A stretch of 64,000 nt of DNA from positions 13,975 through 77,974 of the forward strand of contig JANXAF010000008.1 of assembly GCA_025062045.1 (NCBI GenBank). The letters run 5' to 3'. This stretch comes from Thermodesulfobacteriota bacterium (GTDB lineage: Bacteria > Desulfobacterota > Syntrophorhabdia > Syntrophorhabdales > JANXAF01). Below, piece by piece: positions 56,536 through 64,000 of this stretch (its first letter is position 1; every line of letters begins with the position of its first letter). The notes beneath the pieces were generated by a model. That model saw nothing but the letters and a program-made list of their open reading frames with translations, ran no database searches and had not been told where the DNA came from. The position numbers were made by a program, and so were the translations under genes.

Positions 56536-56754
56536 TCATTTAACTCGACTGATTATCCTCCCCCTCGTCAGATCGTAGGGGGAAAGTTCGACTATAACTT
56601 TGTCTCCTTTGAGTATTTTAATGTAGTGCATCCTCATCTTGCCAGAAACGTGAGCGAGGACTTTGTGTCCATTTGGCAGTTCGACCCGAAACATGGCGTT
56701 TGGAAGAGGCTCTATTACGGTTCCTTCTACTTCTATTCCTTCACCTTTAGGCAT
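56536..56754 (-). CDS. infA: Translation initiation factor IF-1
   Basis: 72 aa with the S1-like domain sequence [31 protein letters not shown]. Confidence 0.97.
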   Translation of the reverse strand: MPKGEGIEVEGTVIEPLPNAMFRVELPNGHKVLAHVSGKMRMHYIKILKGDKVIVELSPYDLTRGRIISRVK

Positions 56755-56758
56755 AACT

Positions 56759-57508
56759 TCAAACCAAACTTAGAATTTCTGGACCTTTTTCAGTTATTGC
56801 CACCGTGTGTTCAAAATGGGCTGACAAGCTCATATCCTTTGCGTATGCTGTCCATCCGTTTTCGGCAATAGATATTTCATTTCTTCCCATGTTCACCATC
56901 GGCTCGATTGCTAAAACCATTCCCTTCTTTAACCTTGGTCCGGTACCTTTCTCTCCAAAATTTGGAATCTGAGGCTCCTCGTGAAGACTCCTTCCTATCC
57001 CGTGGCCTACAAACTCTTTTACAACCGAAAACCCGTTTCCTTCAACATGGGACTGGATTGCATGCGATATATCGTATAGTCTATTTCCCTCGCGTGCCAT
57101 CTCTATGCCCTTAAATAACGCTTCTCTCGTAACATCGATCAGTTTCTGGGCCGCCTTTGATATCTTTCCCACACCATAAGTAACAGCCACGTCTCCATAG
57201 TAGCCTTCGTATATAACACCGAAATCGAGACTAACGATGTCTCCTTCTTTTAGAATCCTATCCGAAGGCATTCCATGCACAATCTCTTCATTAACCGACA
57301 CACAAAGCATAAAAGGATAGCCGTTATAGCCTTTAAAGGCAGCTCTAACCTTCTTTAAGGCCTTTATTTTCTCCTCGCATATTTTTTCTAGTTCCTTCGT
57401 TCTTATGCCTTCTTTTATAAACTCACCAAGGTAAAGAAGTATCTCCATGGCATATTTGCTCGCTGTCCTTATCTTTTCTATCTCCTCCTCAGTTTTGAGG
57501 ACTATCAT
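56759..57508 (-). CDS. map: Type I methionyl aminopeptidase
   Basis: [14 protein letters not shown] is a canonical Map N-terminus. Metal ligands are in the expected context (DIVSLD, GYYGD, GHGIG, EPM, EH). The track ORF begins at an upstream TTG (57541), which is unlikely to be the start. Confidence 0.9.
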   Translation of the reverse strand: MIVLKTEEEIEKIRTASKYAMEILLYLGEFIKEGIRTKELEKICEEKIKALKKVRAAFKGYNGYPFMLCVSVNEEIVHGMPSDRILKEGDIVSLDFGVIYEGYYGDVAVTYGVGKISKAAQKLIDVTREALFKGIEMAREGNRLYDISHAIQSHVEGNGFSVVKEFVGHGIGRSLHEEPQIPNFGEKGTGPRLKKGMVLAIEPMVNMGRNEISIAENGWTAYAKDMSLSAHFEHTVAITEKGPEILSLV

Positions 57509-57515
57509 TGTAAAT

Positions 57516-57524
57516 ATTATACCA
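57516..57524 (-). promoter_or_regulatory. Perfect extended -10 element (TGgTATAAT) 7 nt upstream of the map ATG
   Basis: The minus strand reads TGGTATAAT (57524..57516), then atttaca, then ATG at 57508. It lies in the 45-nt secY-map spacer. No SD. Confidence 0.45.
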
Positions 57525-57553
57525 CCCGTGCGAGTCTGCAAGCCAGAAGCCAG

Positions 57554-58861
57554 CTACCTTCTTCCCCGCATCCTGGCGGTTTTTCTCACAAGGCCATCGT
57601 AATGCCTCAAAATGAGGTGAGCTTCTATCTGCTGAATCGTGTCCAAAGCGACGCCAACCACAATAAGTAGCGCTGTTCCGCCAAAGTAGAAAGGAACATT
57701 GAATTCTTTAACTAGGATTGTTGGCAAAACACACACAAAGGAGACGTAAAGGGCACCCAAAAAAGTAATTCGAGTAAGAATCCTCTCAATGTACTCTGAA
57801 GTTTTTTTACCAGGCCTAATTCCGGGAATATAACCTCCATATTTCTGAATATTTTCGGCAACGTTGTCCGGATTAAACACTATGGCGGTGTAAAAAAAGC
57901 AGAAAAAAATAATGAACCCCACGTACAGCAACTCGTGAAGAAGCGTCCCAGGAGTCAAATATTCAGCAAACTGCTTCATGTATGGATGGGGAACGAAGTT
58001 TGCAACTGTGGCAGGAAACATTATCAAGGAAGAAGCAAAGATCGGTGGGATTACTCCAGATGTGTTTATCTTAAGCGGTAAGTGAGTAGTCTGTCCTCCG
58101 TATATCCTTCTTCCCACGATCCTTTTCGCATACTGAACAGGTATCCTTCTTTGGGCTGTCTCCATGAATATTATGAAGCCCACAACGAGTAACATCATAA
58201 CTATGAGGAGAGCTACTACAAACCAGTTGATTTCACCTGCAGAAACTAGCGTTAATGTCTTTGCGATGGCGTTCGGCATCCTGGCAACTATTCCAGCGAA
58301 TATTATCAACGAGATCCCATTCCCTATCCCCTTTTCCGTGATCTGCTCTCCAAGCCACATAAGAAACGATGTCCCACCTGTGAGCGTAAGCATAGTCATG
58401 AATCTAAAACCCCACCCTGGGTTGTAGACGACAGGTTCACCATCTATACCTCTCATCTGTTCGAGACCTATACTTATGCCGAACCCCTGAATCAGACTTA
58501 TTATAACTGTACCGTACCTCGTGTACTGCGTGATTTTCCTTCTGCCAAGCTCTCCCTCTTTTGATAGTCGCTCCAAGGACGGCACAACGACGGTGAGAAG
58601 TTGAAGTATTATGGAGGCGCTTATATACGGCATTATACCTAAGGCAAAGACGGACAGCCTTTCCAAACCACCCCCGGCAAACATATCAAGAAAGCTCAAT
58701 ATTGTACCTTTTGCCCTTTCGAATATCTCAGCGAGTACCCTTCCGTCTATTCCTGGCGTGGGTATATGCACCCCGATTCTATAGACGGAAAGAAGGGCTA
58801 ATGTCACGAGTATCCGTCTTTTAAGCTCCGGGATTTTCCCTATGTTCCAGAAACCATTCAT
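57554..58861 (-). CDS. secY: Preprotein translocase subunit SecY
   Basis: 435 aa, 10-TM pattern, with LGIMPYISASII and the position after rplO. Confidence 0.97.
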   Translation of the reverse strand: MNGFWNIGKIPELKRRILVTLALLSVYRIGVHIPTPGIDGRVLAEIFERAKGTILSFLDMFAGGGLERLSVFALGIMPYISASIILQLLTVVVPSLERLSKEGELGRRKITQYTRYGTVIISLIQGFGISIGLEQMRGIDGEPVVYNPGWGFRFMTMLTLTGGTSFLMWLGEQITEKGIGNGISLIIFAGIVARMPNAIAKTLTLVSAGEINWFVVALLIVMMLLVVGFIIFMETAQRRIPVQYAKRIVGRRIYGGQTTHLPLKINTSGVIPPIFASSLIMFPATVANFVPHPYMKQFAEYLTPGTLLHELLYVGFIIFFCFFYTAIVFNPDNVAENIQKYGGYIPGIRPGKKTSEYIERILTRITFLGALYVSFVCVLPTILVKEFNVPFYFGGTALLIVVGVALDTIQQIEAHLILRHYDGLVRKTARMRGRR

Positions 58862-59304
58862 GAAGTTAGAACCTCTACCTTGCCCCCTTTACTCTCGATC
58901 TTCTCAATGGCTTTTTTGGAGGCCTTATGAACCTGTACGGTGATTGGAAAATCGATCTCTCCGTCAGAAAGGAGTTTTATCCCACTTTTTAATTTTTTAA
59001 CGATTTTTGCACTAAGGAAGTCCTCTACTTTTACCACGTCTTTACCTTTAAATTTCGCAAGATCTCCCACCTTCACGATGGCATATTCCTTTCTGAAGGG
59101 ATTTCTGAACCCCCTTTTGGGAATCCTTCTCGTAAGGGGCATCTGACCGCCTTCAAATCCCTTTCCCTTAGCTCCTCCGCTTCGGGCTTTTTGTCCCTTA
59201 TTACCCCTAGTTGCGGTGGTTCCGTGACCAGAACCTGTACCTCTTCCTACCCTCTTTCTTTTTTTCCTCGACCCCTCTTTTGGCTTTAAATCCTCAAGTC
59301 TCAT
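58858..59304 (-). CDS. rplO: 50S ribosomal protein L15
   Basis: 148 aa with a Gly/Arg-rich N-terminus (RVGRGTGSGHGTT..RGNKGQK). Confidence 0.95.
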   Translation of the reverse strand: MRLEDLKPKEGSRKKRKRVGRGTGSGHGTTATRGNKGQKARSGGAKGKGFEGGQMPLTRRIPKRGFRNPFRKEYAIVKVGDLAKFKGKDVVKVEDFLSAKIVKKLKSGIKLLSDGEIDFPITVQVHKASKKAIEKIESKGGKVEVLTS

Positions 59305-59490
59305 CTATCTCACGTCCTCCAAGACTTTGACGAGATGTATTACCTTCTTAATCATACCTCTTATTTCTGGCGTGTTTTTAAGAATCCTTTCCTCATTAAG
59401 CCTTTTAAATCCCAGACTCCTTATGGTATCCCTCTGATCTTTGGAGCGTCCTATGTAGCTTTTTGCCCATTTGACCCTCAAGTATCCCAC
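59305..59490 (-). CDS. rpmD: 50S ribosomal protein L30
   Basis: 61 aa. Assigned from its position between rpsE and rplO and from the TIRSLGFKRLN motif. Confidence 0.9.
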   Translation of the reverse strand: MGYLRVKWAKSYIGRSKDQRDTIRSLGFKRLNEERILKNTPEIRGMIKKVIHLVKVLEDVR

Positions 59491-59491
59491 T

Positions 59492-59995
59492 TTACTCCTC
59501 CTTAGGAAGCTTTCCCCTCTGTCTCAACGATTTTTCAGGGGATTTGAGCATAGAGAGACCTCGTATGGTGGCTTTAACTACATTGTGATAGTTTCTCGAA
59601 CCGTAGCACTTGGTTAAAATATTCTTTATACCTGCCACCTCCACAACGGCTCTTACTGCCCTTCCAGCGATAACTCCTGTGCCTTCCCTTGCCGGTTTCA
59701 TGAAAACTTTACTTGCTCCATACTTTACCATTATCGCATGAGGGATTGTACCGTTGTGGATGGGCACAGTTATCATATTCTTCTTCGCCTTTTCTAAAGC
59801 TTTTCTTATTGCGTCCGGCACCTCTCTCGCCTTCCCTAACCCGTAACCCACCCTTCCATTTCCGTCACCTACAACGACAATGGCGTTAAAACTAAATCTT
59901 CTACCGCCTTTTACGACCTTGGCAACCCTGTTTATGTAAACAAGCCGGTCTTGTATTTCAGTTTCTTCTTTTAAGTCCAAAGTGGTGTTTGCCAA
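59492..59995 (-). CDS. rpsE: 30S ribosomal protein S5
   Basis: 167 aa with [16 protein letters not shown] and the GTGVIAG motif. Confidence 0.97.
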   Translation of the reverse strand: MANTTLDLKEETEIQDRLVYINRVAKVVKGGRRFSFNAIVVVGDGNGRVGYGLGKAREVPDAIRKALEKAKKNMITVPIHNGTIPHAIMVKYGASKVFMKPAREGTGVIAGRAVRAVVEVAGIKNILTKCYGSRNYHNVVKATIRGLSMLKSPEKSLRQRGKLPKEE

Positions 59996-60010
59996 TTTCT
60001 AACCTCCCCT

Positions 60011-60388
60011 CTAAAAGATAAGCCCAGCTTCCCTTGCAGCATCTGCAAGGGCTTTTACTCTACCGTGGTATTTGAAGCCATTTCTATCAAATACTACTTT
60101 GGTTATTCCTAAGGCCAAAGCCTTCTCTGCGATCATCTTACCGACAAGTTTGGCAGCCTCTTTGTTACCTCCATTTTTTATTTCACTTCTTATGGAGGGT
60201 GTAAGCGTTGACACACCAGTGATGACCCTTCTAGACTCATCGTCTACGAGTTGGGCGTACATGTGCTTTAGGCTTTTATAAACGCACAACCTGGGCCTTT
60301 CGGCAGTCCCAAATATCTTTTTTCTAATCCTTTTATGTCTCCTTCGTCTTCTCTCTTCTTTTTCCTTCCTTTCCATCCTCGTCCTCAC
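60011..60388 (-). CDS. rplR: 50S ribosomal protein L18
   Basis: 125 aa with [23 protein letters not shown]. Confidence 0.95.
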   Translation of the reverse strand: MRTRMERKEKEERRRRRHKRIRKKIFGTAERPRLCVYKSLKHMYAQLVDDESRRVITGVSTLTPSIRSEIKNGGNKEAAKLVGKMIAEKALALGITKVVFDRNGFKYHGRVKALADAAREAGLIF

Positions 60389-60921
60389 TTACCACCTTTG
60401 CCAGCTTTCTTTCTTAGTATTTCGTCAACATACTTTATACCTTTGTTCTTATACACGTCAGGTTTCCTTAAGGATCTGATCTTCGCCGCAACTATTCCAA
60501 CAAGCTCCTTATCTATTCCTCGAACGGCAACCAAATTCTGCTTCTCCACCTCCAGCTGGATTCCTTCTGGAACTTTAAATACGATAGGATGCGAATATCC
60601 GAGATGAAAAACCACATCCTTTCCCTTCATCTCCGCCCGGTATCCAATTCCCACAATTTCTAGTTTTTTTTCGTAGCCTCTAACAACCCCTTCAACCATG
60701 TTGTTTATGAGGGTTCGCATAAGCCCATGATAGGCTTTCGTTTTTTTGTCGTCTCCATTCCTTTTCACAAACAGCTGATTACCCTCAATTGAAATCTCGA
60801 GCCCTGGAAGAATCCTACGAGAGAGACTCCCTTTTGGTCCGGAAACCACAACAAATCCGTCTTTAACCTCAATCTTTGTATTTTCGGGAATCAAAATAGG
60901 CTTTCTTCCAATCCTCGACAT
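60385..60921 (-). CDS. rplF: 50S ribosomal protein L6
   Basis: MSRIGRKPI is the canonical L6 start and is preceded by GAGGTG. The track ORF starts 18 nt upstream, at 60939. Confidence 0.95.
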   Translation of the reverse strand: MSRIGRKPILIPENTKIEVKDGFVVVSGPKGSLSRRILPGLEISIEGNQLFVKRNGDDKKTKAYHGLMRTLINNMVEGVVRGYEKKLEIVGIGYRAEMKGKDVVFHLGYSHPIVFKVPEGIQLEVEKQNLVAVRGIDKELVGIVAAKIRSLRKPDVYKNKGIKYVDEILRKKAGKGGK

Positions 60922-60928
60922 AGCCACC

Positions 60929-61330
60929 TCACCAAACATGTAGGAGGGCTTCTCCGCCTACGTTTAGTTTTCTCGCTTCAACATCACTTATTATGCCTTT
61001 GTTCGTAGAAAGGATGATGAAACCCACATGGTTTTTGAGCTTCTGTGCTTCTTTCGCGCCAACGTATATTCTTCTTCCAGGTTTACTTATCCTTTTTAAC
61101 CCCGAAATTACCGATTCGCCATTTTCATCATAACCAAGGTACACTTTTATGACCTTCTTTTTGTTTTCATCCACGAAGACTTTATAATTCTTAATGTAAC
61201 CTTCCTCCTTTAAGATTTTTAGTATTCCGATTTTCACGTTTGAATACGGGACATCCACGTATTCGTGCCGAGCCATAATTCCATTTCTCATTCTCGTTAA
61301 CATATCGGCTATCGGATCCGTCATAACCAT
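60929..61330 (-). CDS. rpsH: 30S ribosomal protein S8
   Basis: 133 aa with the DPIADMLTRMRNG motif. Confidence 0.97.
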   Translation of the reverse strand: MVMTDPIADMLTRMRNGIMARHEYVDVPYSNVKIGILKILKEEGYIKNYKVFVDENKKKVIKVYLGYDENGESVISGLKRISKPGRRIYVGAKEAQKLKNHVGFIILSTNKGIISDVEARKLNVGGEALLHVW

Positions 61331-61337
61331 GGTACCC

Positions 61338-61523
61338 TCACCAACTCGATTTTATGACACCGGGTATTTCCCCTCTTAGGGCTAGAGTCCGAAAACATAT
61401 TCTGCACATTTGGAAAAATCGGAGAAAGCCCCTTGGCCTTCCGCAAAGGGGACATCTGTTCCTCTTTCTCACCTTAAACTTAGGTTCTCTTTTTGCCTTC
61501 TCCATCATAGCCTTTCTTGCCAT
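61338..61523 (-). CDS. rpsN: 30S ribosomal protein S14 type Z (zinc-binding, 61 aa)
   Basis: 61 aa with CPLCGRPRG...CRICFR (CxxC...CxxC). Confidence 0.95.
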   Translation of the reverse strand: MARKAMMEKAKREPKFKVRKRNRCPLCGRPRGFLRFFQMCRICFRTLALRGEIPGVIKSSW

Positions 61524-61536
61524 AACTGCCGCTCCT

Positions 61537-62079
61537 TTAACTTCTAAATGGCATGCCCATAAGCTTTAAAAGTTCATAAGCCTCTTCGTCCGTTTCAGCT
61601 GTTGTATTTATCGTTATATTCATTCCCCTCACCTTGTCGGTCTTATCGTAATCGACTTCGGGAAAGATTATCTGTTCTCTGAGACCGAGGGTGTAATTTC
61701 CCCTTCCATCAAACGATTTGGGAGAAACCCCTTTGAAATCCCTAACCCTCGGAAGCACTATCATTACAAGCTTATGGAAGAACTCGTACATTCTTTCCCT
61801 TCTTAAGGTTACCATACATCCTATGGGCATGCCGGCTCTGAGCTTAAAAGAGGCTATCGATTTTTTTGCCTTCGTTATGACCGGCCTCTGTCCTGTAATT
61901 AGCATTAGATCGTTTCTTGCATAATCTAAAACCTTTATGTTTTGTATAGCTTCACCGAGACCCATGTTGACAACTATTTTTTCCAGTCTCGGCACCTGCA
62001 TGATATTTTTGTATCCGAACCGCTTCATCATGAGAGGTCTAACTTCCTTTTCGTAGTATTCCATGAACGGTGTCTTCAA
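61537..62079 (-). CDS. rplE: 50S ribosomal protein L5
   Basis: 180 aa with [11 protein letters not shown] and FPEVDYDK motifs. Confidence 0.97.
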   Translation of the reverse strand: MKTPFMEYYEKEVRPLMMKRFGYKNIMQVPRLEKIVVNMGLGEAIQNIKVLDYARNDLMLITGQRPVITKAKKSIASFKLRAGMPIGCMVTLRRERMYEFFHKLVMIVLPRVRDFKGVSPKSFDGRGNYTLGLREQIIFPEVDYDKTDKVRGMNITINTTAETDEEAYELLKLMGMPFRS

Positions 62080-62088
62080 GAAAGCCTC

Positions 62089-62424
62089 CTACTTATCTAT
62101 GATTTCATTACACTTTTTGCAGTATCTCACCTTTCTTCCATCTTCTAGTACCTTCCTTCCAATCCTTACCGGCTTTGCACATTTTTCACAGTATATCATG
62201 ACATTAGAAACGTGTATCGGGCTTTCCACCTCGAGTATCCCGCCTTTTGATTTAGCGGACGGTCTTACATGTTTTTTTACAATGTTGACCTTTTCCACTA
62301 TCACCCGGTCCTTTTTTTTGAGAACCTTCAAAACCCTTCCAGTCTTGCCCTTATCCTTCCCGGCAATCACCATAACCAAATCATTCTTTTTTACATGGTA
62401 ATGTTTGTTAGCCACCTTTTCCAT
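62089..62424 (-). CDS. rplX: 50S ribosomal protein L24 (with Cys4 motif)
   Basis: 111 aa with the KOW motif ([17 protein letters not shown]). The C-terminal part contains CEKC...CKKC. Confidence 0.95.
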   Translation of the reverse strand: MEKVANKHYHVKKNDLVMVIAGKDKGKTGRVLKVLKKKDRVIVEKVNIVKKHVRPSAKSKGGILEVESPIHVSNVMIYCEKCAKPVRIGRKVLEDGRKVRYCKKCNEIIDK

Positions 62425-62426
62425 TC

Positions 62427-62795
62427 TCAGACAACCTCCGGAGCAAGTGACACGATCTTTAAAAACTTTTTGGCCCGGAGTTCCCTTGCAACCGGTCCAA
62501 ATATCCTTGTCCCTATTGGTTCGTTGTACTGGTTGATAATCACGGCAGAATTATCATCGAACCTAACGTAAGAGCCATCTGGTCTCCTTATCTCTTTTTT
62601 CGTTCTAACAACCACTGCTTTTACAACATCTCCCTTTTTCACCTTCGCGTTAGGTAGAGCTTCCTTTACAGAGGCCACAATTATGTCTCCTACTGTCGCG
62701 TATCTCTTCTTTGAGCCACCAAGTACCCTTATGCAACCTAGCTTTTTTGCTCCGGAGTTGTCTGCAACATCAAGCCTGGACCTCATCTGTATCAT
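62427..62795 (-). CDS. rplN: 50S ribosomal protein L14
   Basis: 122 aa beginning [17 protein letters not shown]. Confidence 0.97.
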   Translation of the reverse strand: MIQMRSRLDVADNSGAKKLGCIRVLGGSKKRYATVGDIIVASVKEALPNAKVKKGDVVKAVVVRTKKEIRRPDGSYVRFDDNSAVIINQYNEPIGTRIFGPVARELRAKKFLKIVSLAPEVV

Positions 62796-63081
62796 CTTTT
62801 ATCACCTCTTCTGGCTGTGGCATTTGTCTTCTCTCAAGTATTTGTTTTACTAGCCATCTTTTTTCCTTGCTCAAAGGTCTTGTTTCGACAATAAGAACTT
62901 TGTCTCCTATCTGACAGCTATTGTTTTCATCATGGGCCTTGTATCTTTTTCTCTTTTTCACGTATTTTTTGTATTTCGGATGTTTGAATAGCTTTTCCAC
63001 CTCAACTACTACTGTTTTCTGCATCTTGTTACTCACAACAGTTCCTATCATCTTTTTCCTCTTCGATACTTGCGTCTCCAT
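62770..63081 (-). CDS. rpsQ: 30S ribosomal protein S17
   Basis: 103 aa with [14 protein letters not shown]. An acidic C-terminal extension overlaps the rplN start by 26 nt. Confidence 0.95.
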   Translation of the reverse strand: METQVSKRKKMIGTVVSNKMQKTVVVEVEKLFKHPKYKKYVKKRKRYKAHDENNSCQIGDKVLIVETRPLSKEKRWLVKQILERRQMPQPEEVIKDDTDEVQA

Positions 63082-63083
63082 GA

Positions 63084-63284
63084 TTAATTTTTCCCCTTTT
63101 TCCTTCTCTCATTCAAAATGGTTTCTATCCTCGCTATATCTTTCTTCACAGCCTTTATCCTTGCCGTATTCTCCAGCTGACCTGTCGAGAGCTGGAACCT
63201 CAGATTGAAGAGTTCCTCCTTGAGATCCTTTTTCTTCTTCATTAACTCATCGTCTGTCAATTCCCTCAGTTCCCTGGCTCTCAT
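63084..63284 (-). CDS. rpmC: 50S ribosomal protein L29
   Basis: 66 aa with [10 protein letters not shown]...LFNLRFQ. Confidence 0.95.
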   Translation of the reverse strand: MRARELRELTDDELMKKKKDLKEELFNLRFQLSTGQLENTARIKAVKKDIARIETILNERRKKGKN

Positions 63285-63697
63285 AATTCCTCACTTCTCG
63301 AAACTATCCGAGTCTTGATAGGAAGTTTGAAGGCAGCAATCCGCAAAGCCTCCTTTGCTTTATCCTCAGGGACTCCCTTTATTTCATAAAGGATCCTTCC
63401 AGGCTTCACAACGGCCACCCAACCCTCAACAGGCCCCTTCCCTTTACCCATCCTGGTCTCTAAAGGTTTCTTCGTTATGGGTTTGTCCGGGAAAATCCGT
63501 ATCCATATCTTTCCCGTCCTTTTTATAAACCTCGTTAATGCAACCCTTGCTGCCTCTATTTGCCTTGCTGTAACCCATCCGCATTCCAAAGCTTGTAATC
63601 CGTAGTCACCAAAGCTTATTCTATTCCCCCTCATTGCAAAACCCTTCATCCTTCCCTTTTGCTGCTTCCTATACTTGACCCTTTTCGGTGCTAACAT
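63281..63697 (-). CDS. rplP: 50S ribosomal protein L16
   Basis: 138 aa beginning [19 protein letters not shown]. Confidence 0.97.
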   Translation of the reverse strand: MLAPKRVKYRKQQKGRMKGFAMRGNRISFGDYGLQALECGWVTARQIEAARVALTRFIKRTGKIWIRIFPDKPITKKPLETRMGKGKGPVEGWVAVVKPGRILYEIKGVPEDKAKEALRIAAFKLPIKTRIVSRSEEL

Positions 63698-64000
63698 CAG
63701 TACACCTCCGTAAGCACATCTCCCTTATAAATCCAAACCTTTACACCTATAACCCCGTACTTGGTTTTCGCCTCGGCAAATCCGTAGTCAATATCGGCCC
63801 TAATCGTCTGGAGTGGGACCCTACCTTCTCTGTACCATTCTGATCTTGCTATCTCAGCCCCGGCAAGTCTCCCGGAACACATGATCTTTATCCCCTTTGC
63901 CCCAAACTTGAGCGCTTGACTTACGTGGCGTTTCATCGCCCTTCGGAAAGAGACTCTCCTCTCAATCTGCAAAGCCACGTTTTCCGCAACAAGCTGAGCA
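63697..64000 (-). CDS. rpsC: 30S ribosomal protein S3 (C-terminal part; gene continues beyond the right edge)
   Basis: The reading frame is open to the window edge. The sequence [30 protein letters not shown] is typical of the S3 C-terminal domain. The M at 63978 in the ORF track is internal. Confidence 0.9.
   Translation of the reverse strand, partial: AQLVAENVALQIERRVSFRRAMKRHVSQALKFGAKGIKIMCSGRLAGAEIARSEWYREGRVPLQTIRADIDYGFAEAKTKYGVIGVKVWIYKGDVLTEVY

Noticed and set aside
56275-56871. 198-aa plus-strand ORF spanning rpsM, rpmJ, infA and map
   Set aside because: It runs antisense across four highly conserved genes and their spacers, so an independent coding role is implausible.

Overview
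This is a gene-dense window, with coding sequence almost wall to wall and about 75% of genes on the minus strand. It looks like core chromosome of an anaerobic, probably thermophilic bacterium. The thermophile call is an inference from K/E/I-rich proteins and Cys4 zinc-ribbon forms of several ribosomal proteins; I cannot assign a taxon by eye.

Content from left to right:
1. A Wood-Ljungdahl cluster (fhs, folD, a small Fe-S protein, acsE, acsD) ending in a truncated archaeal-type cdhA.
2. An HD hydrolase, a GalT-like HIT enzyme and a YkgJ-like Cys-cluster protein.
3. A TolC/HlyD/DHA2-MFS efflux operon.
4. A Liv-type ABC importer followed closely by a divergent SdhA/NadB-superfamily flavoprotein.
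5. purA.
6. etfB, a ferredoxin-fused etfA, and a membrane HdrD/DsrMK-like Fe-S oxidoreductase.
7. An epimerase and an MBL hydrolase.
8. One tightly coupled operon: sdhC, sdhA, sdhB, Rieske, cytochrome b, and an 84-aa membrane protein.
9. Small housekeeping genes (fmdB-like, tsaC, a methyltransferase, HAD, NlpC/P60, an orphan receiver).
10. A glycan/LPS-type cluster (GT1, tandem Kdo/WaaP-like kinase, GT2, methyltransferase, ROK kinase).
11. A LOG-family gene and trmI.
12. An OmpR/HK two-component system followed by htrA and pilC.
13. An eight-gene housekeeping operon (rarA, thiL, yhaM-like, rsmE, DUF218-like, dprA, topA, trmFO).
14. The ribosomal spc/alpha region, from rpsC to rplQ.

I found no rRNA, tRNA, CRISPR array, transposase, integrase or recognisable defence island.

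The two observations most worth follow-up:
- The SDH/FRD genes are translationally coupled to a cytochrome-c-less Rieske/cytochrome b module, and there is only a single short membrane anchor.
- Near-consensus sigma70-type promoters repeatedly sit 6-9 nt from the start codon of first genes with no Shine-Dalgarno (SD) sequence, which suggests leaderless mRNAs.

All functional calls come from reading the translations and remembering family signatures. No database search was run.
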